Source: Epithemia pelagica (lineage: Eukaryota; Protista; Bacillariophyta). From it: 64,000 nt of DNA. The position numbers and the translations under genes are program-made. The notes below the pieces were generated by a model, which was given only the letters and a program-made list of their open reading frames with translations, was not told the origin of the DNA and searched no databases. Shown here one piece after another: positions 35,501 through 44,699 of the stretch (position 1 is its first letter; every line of letters starts with the position of its first letter). Location: positions 1,798,001 to 1,862,000 of the forward strand of contig OX337228.1 in assembly GCA_946965045.2 (NCBI GenBank), in the 5' to 3' direction.

Positions 35501-35920
35501 AGTACGATTGCCATTAATCGGAACGCTCAGTTTCGCCCGTAAGTCCGCAAACTTGCACATTGGCACAACGTTGTATGACTACTGAGATTGTACACATATC
35601 TTTGCCTCATATCAACAATTTGGTTATTGCTTGTTTTGTTACTGTACTGCAGACACACGGATAGTGGTTCCGGTGCGGGTCAATCCACTAGTTTGATTGT
35701 GGGCTTGGGAACGTATGCCGGTGGGGAACTCGTGGTGGAAGGTTCTCAGGTGGACATTCGATACAAACCGGTAGAGTTCAATGGTTGGAAAGAACGTCAT
35801 TGGACCATGCCCTTTGCAGGTGAACGCTATAGTTTGGTTTGGTTCACACCCAAGGGATGCGAAGGGGTCCGGGGCATTGACCTGTGCCATACCAGCCACA
35901 ACACCGAAGGTGACAAGTAG
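32594..35920 (+). CDS. C2H2 zinc finger + TruA/Pus1-like domain + 2OG-Fe(II) dioxygenase fusion protein (2 exons)
   Basis: CHGCQQEFSSRNAVFKHL; RRVEYLLP, YHNFT, TGDLFLHGQ..VIG and PPAPIQGLY (TruA-like). Intron 35539-35652 (GTAAGT..CTGCAG) joins QFRP to HTDSG..GGELVVEG..RHWT..RYSLVWF. Confidence 0.7.
33811..33970 (+). repeat. Two in-frame copies of a 78-bp unit (TTSDA..TPPSEPSLCKPE)
   Basis: GACCACCAGCGATGCC starts at 33811 and 33889. Confidence 0.9.
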
Positions 35921-36027
35921 CTTGTATGGTTTAGCTCGCCTTGCCATCCAGTGAGTAAGGATGCAATGTTCATGAGAGCAACGCTCCACCACCTTCCCTG
36001 TTTGCGATGCGTCTTGCTCTTGTCCTT

Positions 36028-37688
36028 TCATTTCGCGATCACCGTTGATACCGGAAAGGGATCTCGTTTGCTGAGAACAAGCACTCGTTTCGTATGAGAC
36101 AAGTAACCGCGTACAAACCCCCGATAAATGAGGTTTGCCAAAATGCACTCCACTTGATCGAGATCCATGGCGGGCATGTCCAATACTTGTCGAAAGACAG
36201 CGTTCACGACTAGGTTCAAGGGAATTTGGGTTTTGCCCGTCACGTAATGAATTCGTTTGAACAAATTTCGATAGCAAACGGTTTTGCATTTCTCCAAGAG
36301 CAAATAGGTACCTTGTCTGCACACGTAAGGGGGATGCAAAGCGCAGCATGAGAGACGAGGCACTTCCACCGTGGCACGCGTTCTAGTTCACTCCTCTTAC
36401 CGAATGGAGACATTTTGAAATCGATCGAGTGCATTGGTAAAGGTTCGCAAATCACCTTTGCGCATACTGTCCACCAACGGACCGTATTCTGTGAGACCAT
36501 ACTTTTCCAGCACTAAGTCATGCATGTATAGTATATGGTAACACCCACACAATATTGTTTTCGGAGGGAATGTACGCACAGTGAAAAAAGACGTCAGCTT
36601 CCAAGGTTGGGGCCTTCAGGAAACATATGGTGAAATCCACCGTACTTACAGGCTGAGCTGGGCAATCTTCCTCGATACAGTTTCACAGGAATAAGATAGC
36701 GTAAAATGACTCGTTTGTTGTGTCGACCCTGAACCATGTGACAATGCGAAAAGGCAAATTCTAAATTGCGTTCGGCTTGGGCATACTGATCTTCAAACAA
36801 GGCCAATCGTCCGGTATAATAGTTGTACGTCACCAATTCTCCCAAGGCCACTGTGGATTCGGATGTTGTGGTGGTGAGTTGTGGTTCATGCAATTTCCGG
36901 GCTTCAACAGGTCGGACCAAATTTTTGCACAATCGCAAGGTATTGAGAAAAAAATAAATGACAAAGAGTTCATTGACAATACCCAAGACACCCGCCTTTT
37001 TAGAACCATCCACTCCGCCCGTGAATGGCAGATCGGGATGATATTCCTTACGATCATTAAAGGATCGACTAAACGACTCTTGTAACAATGTAACAGCGGA
37101 TTGCAATTTGGCATGATCCTTGGCACCCTTTTGTTTGTCATCGGCCTCCCGGGCTAAAACATGAGTACTTTTGCAAATGGCCTTGAGGGAAGGAACGAGC
37201 CAGTTTCCAGACGAGGACGCAAACAAGCTGTTAAAGGCTGCATGCAGTTGTGATTGACTCTCAAAGGCTCGCTCCGCATTTCCCTGATAAACAAAGAACA
37301 GCGGCAGAGAAAGAAGCAAATAGGGTACAGCACGTCAGAGAACGGGCCAAGAAATTTTGGAAAGGCGGAGTTGTATGTGCGGACAGTTCACGAGAGCAAC
37401 TCTTCGTACCAATTGTACCAGTTCCATAATCTCGAGCCACAATTTGAGAATGGGAGCCCATTCATTGCCAAAGGCATCGGGAAGGGACGATGGCAGTGCC
37501 TCCCCACCACCACCCATGGATTGTTGTTGTGGTGCAACATTTTTGTTGCTACGAATCCACAACAAGTGTGCCACTGCATGAGGATCCGTCGACGATTGTA
37601 CCGCGGCACAAAAGGCTTGGATCTTTTGTCCTCGATTCATTGCCATTGCACTATTATTTGTACGGCTACGACTGCTGGAATTCGCCAT
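36028..37688 (-). CDS. PCID2: PCI domain protein, PCID2/THP1/CSN12 family (multi-exon)
   Basis: KAGVLGIVNELFVIYF..LCKNL, VTYNYYTGRL, NKRVILRYLIPVKL, GTYLLLEK, VECILANLIYRGFVRGYLSH across spliced ORF segments. Confidence 0.88.
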
Positions 37689-37916
37689 GGTGATCCCTCT
37701 CTTTTTGTCGGGTTCTCTCCCTTTTCTTCGGATTTTTTTCGGAAAATTTTTTCGTTTGGTTTTTGGACACACCTCCGGGTACGCATCGGGCGTAGGCCAG
37801 ACGCACGCGAACATCAATAGAACATTCGACAGAGTATCTTTTTGGATTTTTAGGTTGCATCACATTCGACCCACAACTCGTTCTTCTGGTTCACCACCAT
37901 CGTTGTGTTTGTCGCT

Positions 37917-39482
37917 ATGATCCTTACACAGTTGTTTCCTTCACGGGTCGTTTGCTCGCTGTTTCTTATTATTGCTCTGGGCCAAGGTTGTTTGGGGAAA
38001 AGATTGGTCTACAAAGATGAAGATCCCATCGCCAATCAAGAATGGCTCCCTCCCTCTCGAGAAACAATAGAACGATGGAACCAGCGAGATCCATTCCAGT
38101 ATTATATGGATGGAGTTCAATCAGTGACGACCATTCAAAGCAACAGCAACGGCACTACAACAAGTAAAAAGACTTCAAGAGCATTTGGATTCAAGGACAT
38201 TCCCAATCAAATACCCATGAAGACAGACGACCATTTTCCCATTGCCTCCAACTCAAAATTGTATACCACTGTGGCCATTTACCAACTCCAGGAAAAAGGA
38301 CTGTTAAATGTCGATGCCGACATTGCTACAATGTTAGATCATGACGACTTCATTAAGTTTGGATTGTTGCCTCGCAGTGGTCAAGCTGAAAAACCCGGCG
38401 TTCGCAACAGTACAAATGCTACACGAAACCCAAGACGACGACAATTGTATTGTCCTCGAGTCCTTGGTCAGGAACGAATCTGGAACAAATGCGAACAAAT
38501 TACCTTGCGTAATCTCTTGAGCATGTCGAGTGGCATATATCCGACGTTGAACTGCGATGTGTCGGAAACTGATACGAGTGCGGAATGCAATCCGGACCCA
38601 TACTTTGTGAGCCGTGGATCCATTGCACAAACAGTGGGTTCCTTCTTACTGAAACCTCTTATTTTCAAGCCCGGAACTCAGTATCATTACTCGAACCCCA
38701 ATTTCATATTGGCCACGTACTTTGTGGAAAAGTACAGTGGCATGACGTTTCGGAAGTATCTTGAAACTCACATCTTTTCTCGGATTGGTCTGAATGATAC
38801 GTACTTTGACTTTTTCAACCAAGGCATGCGACTGGATCAGGATCGTGTGGGTCAGTACTTTAAGTACTATGACAACGAAACCGAAGAGTTGATTTCTGTA
38901 GGGGCCGACACGCTGCAACTGGATCTTGGTTCCTTGGCGGGCACGGGTGGCATTGTGTCGACGGTCCATGACGAGCAATTGTTCTGGTACAGCTTGTTCA
39001 ATCAAACTACACAGGGTGCACCCTTACTATTGTCCCCAGCATCTCTAGCAGACATTTTAACTGCGTGGACGCTGATTAACTCGGCAAACGTGGAGTATCC
39101 CAATGGAGAAGTGGCCACGTTGTGGACCTACTTTGGACAGGGTATCGTCATGATATGTGAATCTCTTGGTTGTTTAGTGGATGGTGAGTCGAGGTGGGCT
39201 CCCCCGAAATGGATTCAATACACGGGCGTTACGGTGACGGTCCAAACAGCTAATCTGTTGCACTATGATACAATGAAAATGGTTCAAGTGTGGACCAGTA
39301 CGGTGGTGGACCGAATGGATCAATCCGCGTTTCAAGATAGATTGGATCAGCAAACGGGCACTCTACTGGATGTTGTGGCTCAGTGGACAGATCCCGATCT
39401 GAACACCCCCATGGCTTTGGCCTGGTACCATATGTATGTATCGAATGATGAGAATCCTCATCAAGAACCCTCCGTATCATAA
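37917..39482 (+). CDS. Secreted beta-lactamase-family (class C-like) serine hydrolase, copy 1
   Basis: FPIASNSKLYT (SxxK), ITLRNLLSMSSG, FKPGTQYHYSNPNF (YxN), AGTGGIVST. Signal peptide. Confidence 0.88.
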   Translation: MILTQLFPSRVVCSLFLIIALGQGCLGKRLVYKDEDPIANQEWLPPSRETIERWNQRDPFQYYMDGVQSVTTIQSNSNGTTTSKKTSRAFGFKDIPNQIPMKTDDHFPIASNSKLYTTVAIYQLQEKGLLNVDADIATMLDHDDFIKFGLLPRSGQAEKPGVRNSTNATRNPRRRQLYCPRVLGQERIWNKCEQITLRNLLSMSSGIYPTLNCDVSETDTSAECNPDPYFVSRGSIAQTVGSFLLKPLIFKPGTQYHYSNPNFILATYFVEKYSGMTFRKYLETHIFSRIGLNDTYFDFFNQGMRLDQDRVGQYFKYYDNETEELISVGADTLQLDLGSLAGTGGIVSTVHDEQLFWYSLFNQTTQGAPLLLSPASLADILTAWTLINSANVEYPNGEVATLWTYFGQGIVMICESLGCLVDGESRWAPPKWIQYTGVTVTVQTANLLHYDTMKMVQVWTSTVVDRMDQSAFQDRLDQQTGTLLDVVAQWTDPDLNTPMALAWYHMYVSNDENPHQEPSVS

Positions 39483-39671
39483 GAGCAATAACACTTTTCT
39501 AGTGGACGCGGCCCATGTATATTCTAGGGACCTTTGCATTATTCCTTTTCCCAGTATGATGATCACTGTCAGACAGAAGTCTGTATTACGGATCTAACAA
39601 CAGTGCAAGTCATTTTCATTTAGTTGGGCAAGTTGTTGGTACTTCGAATGCAAGTCCTGGTTAAGAACAAA

Positions 39672-41258
39672 TCATGAACTAAAGGTAGAAGTAGTGGAAG
39701 CATCCAAAAATGAATCCAAAACAAGACTCTTGTTGTCGTCATTAGTGAACGATTGAAACATGTGGTACCAGGCCAAAGCCATGGGATTGTTGAGGTTGGG
39801 ATCCATCCACTCGAACACTAAATCCAATAGCCGGCCAGTCTGTTGATAAAAAGTGTTCTCAAAGGTTTTACGATCCATTCGATCCACCACAGTACTGGTC
39901 CACACTTGGGCTAGTTTCATGGAGTCATAGTGAAGTAAATTTGCGGTTCTGACTGTTAGCGTAGCACCCGTGTACTGAATCCATGTCGGAGTCGGTTGAC
40001 CATTCACGATGCAACCTTCAGTCTCGCAAATGACCAAAACTCCTTGCCCATAGTACACTCCCACTGCTACCACTGTTCCATTCGGATACTGGAACTCTCC
40101 ATTGCCAATCAAAGTCCAAGGATACAAAATGTCCCATTGAGATTCAGGTGACAAGAGAGGAGACGATCCATGGCTGGTGCGATTGAACAAGGTATACCAA
40201 AACAATTGTTCGTCATGGACCGTCGATACAATGCCACCCGTTCCGGATGCTGCACCAAGATCAACTTGAAGCGTGTCGGCCCCTATAGAAATCAACTCTT
40301 CGGTTTCGTAGTCATAGTACTTAAAGTACTGACCCACACGATCATGATCCAGTCGCAGGGCTTGGTTGAAAAAGTCAAAGTACGTATCATTCAGACCAAT
40401 CCGAGAAAAGATGTGAGTTTCAAGATACTTCCGAAACGTCATGCCACTGTACTTTTCTACGAAGTACGTGGCCAATATGAAATTGGGGCTCGAGTAATGA
40501 TACTGAGTTCCGGGCTTGAAAATGAGAGGTTTCAGTAAGAAGGAACCCACTGTTTGCGCAATGGATCCACGGTTCACAAAGTATGGATCACGGTCACATT
40601 CCTTTTCAGAACCCATTTTGAACACATCGCAGATCAAGGTCGGATATATGCCGCTGGACATGCTCAAGAGATTACGCAAGGTAATTTGTTCGCATTTGTT
40701 CCAGATTCGCTCTTGACCAAGGACTCGAGGACAATACAATTGCCGTCGTCTTGAGTTTCGTGTAGCATTTGTACTGTTGCGAACGCCGGGTTTTTCAGCT
40801 TGACCACTGCGAGGCAACAATCCAAACTTAATGAAGTCGTCATGATCTAACATTGTAGCAATGTCGGCATCGACATTTAACAGTCCTTTTTCCTGGAGTT
40901 GGTAAATGGCCACAGTGGTATACAATTTTGAGTTGGAGGCAATGGGAAAATGGTCGTCTGTCTTCATGGGTATTTGATTGGGAATGTCCTTGTATCCAAA
41001 TGCTCGTGACACTGTCTCGCGAGTTGAAGGGCCGTTGATACTGCTCTGAAGGGTCGTTACTGCCTGAACTCCATCCAAGTACCTGTAGGGATCTTGAAAC
41101 TTCCACCCTTCCATGGTATCCAGAGATGGCGGAAGCCATTCTTCCTTGAAGATTGGATCTCTGTCATCATGTTGAAAGGACAATGCCCACCCTCCGACAA
41201 CACGACCGAGAGCAAACAGCCAAAGAAGCAAACCTTGGGCATCAAACAAGGCATACAT
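39672..41258 (-). CDS. Secreted beta-lactamase-family serine hydrolase, copy 2 (inverted paralog)
   Basis: Same motifs but YHYSSPNF. Tail-to-tail with copy 1. Confidence 0.88.
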   Translation of the reverse strand: MYALFDAQGLLLWLFALGRVVGGWALSFQHDDRDPIFKEEWLPPSLDTMEGWKFQDPYRYLDGVQAVTTLQSSINGPSTRETVSRAFGYKDIPNQIPMKTDDHFPIASNSKLYTTVAIYQLQEKGLLNVDADIATMLDHDDFIKFGLLPRSGQAEKPGVRNSTNATRNSRRRQLYCPRVLGQERIWNKCEQITLRNLLSMSSGIYPTLICDVFKMGSEKECDRDPYFVNRGSIAQTVGSFLLKPLIFKPGTQYHYSSPNFILATYFVEKYSGMTFRKYLETHIFSRIGLNDTYFDFFNQALRLDHDRVGQYFKYYDYETEELISIGADTLQVDLGAASGTGGIVSTVHDEQLFWYTLFNRTSHGSSPLLSPESQWDILYPWTLIGNGEFQYPNGTVVAVGVYYGQGVLVICETEGCIVNGQPTPTWIQYTGATLTVRTANLLHYDSMKLAQVWTSTVVDRMDRKTFENTFYQQTGRLLDLVFEWMDPNLNNPMALAWYHMFQSFTNDDNKSLVLDSFLDASTTSTFSS

Positions 41259-42088
41259 TATCCAATTTTGATGTGGGCCCAAATATGATAAAATATCGTT
41301 CTTCCGAGACAATTTGTACCTTATTGCTTTGACACTCCTGAGGGATCCAATGTGTTCATTCTCATTCGTGTCAAAAGTCAAAAGGGAAGTGAGAACTCAA
41401 AGATCTACTCCTGAATCCGGAAGCACAAATTTCGTAAACACACCAGCGGGCGCTAAAAAAGATGTGGTGAAGTATATGAGTAGCGTTAAGCTTTTGCTAC
41501 TCCTATCACGAATTTACCCGCTGAGGATAATCGAAAGCGTCCTCGATCGCGTTTTATGATCTCTACCATCTATAAGTCGCCGACCCATGGTCATAATGCC
41601 CATAGCATTGGAGTCGCATGACAAATCTGCTTCTAGGGACAGGGGGAATAACTGAGTAGGTACATGTGGTTTAGCTGTCCTCCGTCGATTTGTTTGAAGC
41701 TTGCTTGCTTTCGAGGGGACTTCAATTCTGATCCGAAGTGATTTTTCGATAGACTAGCTCTAAACTGTTCACCGTTGCCGCATTCCCCTCATGACATTGT
41801 TCTGGTGCCCCATGTAATGATACTCCGTACTATTAGTTTTATGTGAAAGTATGCATCTATACAACATGAGATGTTCCGACATGTACTGGAGTCTGCATCC
41901 AGTACCAGGGAAATCTGTTTTTTTCCTTTCTGGAAGCCAGCATGTGTTTTATTACAATCATCACGATTTCTATCTGTGAAGCGTCCAATGACAAAACACA
42001 TACCTTGACCAAAACAAAAAGCATCGTGCGAGTGAAAAATGAAATAGGTAGAATGTACAGCCAATGTACAAAACAGATGCGTCCATTT

Positions 42089-43012
42089 TCACGCGGACCG
42101 ATGACGACGACGTCCAAACCACAATCGTAGAGCCTTTCGAAGCTGAAGACCTCTCCTGATATGGTCCGTTTCACGGCTTTTATGATGGTGTCCATGTTTG
42201 GGACGGTTGTTCTTGGCGCTTCGACGAGAACTTGTTGGTGCCTCGGAGGGTTCGGGAAGGACCCGAAGTCGTCCACTCGCAAGAAAGACTTGGATCAAGT
42301 CTTTTCGTGAGGAAACTTCCTTATTCCAAAAGACACCAGCTTGCTTGTTCATGACCTTTTTGAGTTGCGACACGCTCATTTTTCGCAGCGTGGACATTTG
42401 GTATTCCACGATCGGTTCGGGAAGATTCGTGAGCTCTACGGATCCAGACGCAATCACGCGCTCCACCATGTGATCCTGGCATGCTTTGTCCACATTGTTG
42501 TTGGTTTGATCTGAGGCTGGCAGCAATGCTAGTAAACTGGCATGATCCATCCGATGGAGTTCATGACGTGCATACCGTGGCTTGCACTGTCGTAATCTTT
42601 CCTGGCGTTCCAATTCAAAGGCAGCGTCATCGGTAGGATATTCATACCGGCAGACAGGACAGGTACATTTGCGTTGTAACCAATCCAAAATGCATTTCTT
42701 GTGGAAAATATGAGAACAATTGGGAAGACGTATGGCCAAGTCACCCTCGTTGTTGTCATCAAGACAAATACAGCATTCGCGATTGACTGGGTCGACCAAG
42801 TCTTCGGGGCGGAGTTCCAGAATAGGCAAGTGTTTGATCATGTCCGCCGACGCGGGAGGAGTCTGATTCAGCTTGGTTCCGCCTTGTTGTTGTTGCGGAG
42901 ATGCCAGCATACCAGCGGCATGCTCCATGTAGCTATCCAGTAGAACTTGCAAGACAACTGGATCATCATCCATGATGACATCTTGTAGTTGAGGCGCTGT
43001 TGTCGTCATCAT
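42089..43012 (-). CDS. RING-H2 E3 ubiquitin ligase-like protein (5' and 3' ends uncertain)
   Basis: CCICLDD..LPNCSHIFHKKCILDWL..TCPVCR. Confidence 0.82.
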   Translation of the reverse strand: MMTTTAPQLQDVIMDDDPVVLQVLLDSYMEHAAGMLASPQQQQGGTKLNQTPPASADMIKHLPILELRPEDLVDPVNRECCICLDDNNEGDLAIRLPNCSHIFHKKCILDWLQRKCTCPVCRYEYPTDDAAFELERQERLRQCKPRYARHELHRMDHASLLALLPASDQTNNNVDKACQDHMVERVIASGSVELTNLPEPIVEYQMSTLRKMSVSQLKKVMNKQAGVFWNKEVSSRKDLIQVFLASGRLRVLPEPSEAPTSSRRSAKNNRPKHGHHHKSRETDHIRRGLQLRKALRLWFGRRRHRSA

Positions 43013-43624
43013 GGGCGTATGCAAAACGAGAGTTCTGAAGCTTCAGCGTTCTAACCTGTAAATGGAAATGAGAAGTGGATCTTTCTTGATGTTTGCACAA
43101 ACGAATGACCTCTACTTACGAGTGAAGCGTGCCTCACAGCAAGAAGCAAAATGGTGGGTCGGTGACAACGAGAACTTTGAGACTGGTCAATCAATCAACA
43201 TTAGAAAACGAGAAGAAGGAATCCAAATCTGCCCAACGGGTCTCGATGTTGTTGTGTCATCTGTCCTCGTTCGTTCGTTCCTTCACGGTCACGCAGAGAC
43301 GACGAGGTTGGCGAGAGCGAGAGGGCTTGGGGGCATTCGTTTGCGAATTGCGAGATCTAAGGCGTGCGTTGTGTAGTGGAATTTTGTACCTAACCCCTAA
43401 TTAATCCCCCACGGTCACGCAGTATCAGTCATGGCAAAGCTCAATGCACCACTCATTGATATTCCTCCACGCTCAATATAAGGAATTTGATTACCGTGCG
43501 GTGTTCGATCTGGGGGAGAATTTCGTCTGGCGTGCGTACGTCGTTCCGAATTGTGCCGACCACCGATGTCTCGTTTTCTACTCTCTCGTGTATCGCCATG
43601 TCATTGTCATGCCGTGTTTAACAA

Positions 43625-44410
43625 TTGGCAATTGACAATGGTCGTTATGAAAGGCAATCCAGCACCAACATCAACAACCTCGAAAAATCCGGAGAACGAC
43701 GCCTTCCTCCATCATCAGATATGAGGGCAAAACCCAAAATGAGCAAGGCAGAGCGCCGTGCCAAATACACCAAACTGGCGCGAGATCAAGCAGTGAAGCG
43801 TCGCCATCGAGAGGAACAACGCAAACTTGTTTGTTATCTTTGTCGACAACGCGGACATGGTGTAGACTCTTGTCCCCAAAGAGTGAATGTACATGACAAC
43901 AACAAGAAGGCTATGGTTCAGAAACCATCTGCTGCGAAAAAGTGTTGTTACAAATGTGGTTCGATCGATCATGGCTTGGCGACATGCCCATTAATTCGAA
44001 ACAAACAAGAGGACAATGGAGAACTTCCATACGCCATATGCTTTGTCTGTAACAAACAAGGTCACTTGGCTAGCCAATGCCCGGAAAATGACAAGGGAAT
44101 TTACGTCAATGGAGGAGCGTGCAAGACCTGTGGTTCCAAATTCCATCTCTCAAATCAGTGTCCCAAGAAACAGACGGCAAACCGCACCCAGAACAATGAC
44201 AATGACAAAGGATTACCAGTACTTGATAAAGATGTGTTGGAAGATCTGGTGGAAGACAAAAGCGATGCCCGACAAGTTGGCGGAAGTCAAGGACGCAACA
44301 AAAGCGAACGTGCCACAAAACCAAACAAAAATCTTTCAAAGAAACGAGTTGTCAACTTTCGAAGGGAATCCACAACGATGGTGTTTCAAGTGAGATCACC
44401 CTTAGTGTGA
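43625..44410 (+). CDS. Four-knuckle CCHC zinc-finger protein, ZCCHC9-like
   Basis: Four CX2CX4HX4C motifs with a CPENDKGIYVNGGACKTCGS linker. Start codon uncertain (43625 or 43721). Confidence 0.8.
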   Translation: MAIDNGRYERQSSTNINNLEKSGERRLPPSSDMRAKPKMSKAERRAKYTKLARDQAVKRRHREEQRKLVCYLCRQRGHGVDSCPQRVNVHDNNKKAMVQKPSAAKKCCYKCGSIDHGLATCPLIRNKQEDNGELPYAICFVCNKQGHLASQCPENDKGIYVNGGACKTCGSKFHLSNQCPKKQTANRTQNNDNDKGLPVLDKDVLEDLVEDKSDARQVGGSQGRNKSERATKPNKNLSKKRVVNFRRESTTMVFQVRSPLV

Positions 44411-44699
44411 AAGTGGTGTTAGATACCTACAAACACTAATCAACAGGAAGAAAGGTCCTTATTGCTTTATTTTGCAGAGAAGAGTTATCTGACCTTTCAA
44501 CCAATCAGACAAGAGCATCGAAAACGACGAGTGCATTTCATGGATGACTCAAGAGATTGCAGCACAACCACGATTGTCTCTCTTTTGATTCTTTCCGCGG
44601 CTTGCTTCCAGGGCAGCCTACCCTGGGGTATTGGCTCGTCAATCATGGCACAAAAAAGACACACACGATCATGATTATACTTACACATGTTGGACTTCT

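Noticed and set aside
41857-42282. Overlapping alternative frame at the 3' end of the RING-H2 gene (possible frameshift)
   Set aside because: Neither frame has a recognisable motif and no clear slippery or splice site is present. It cannot be resolved without transcripts.
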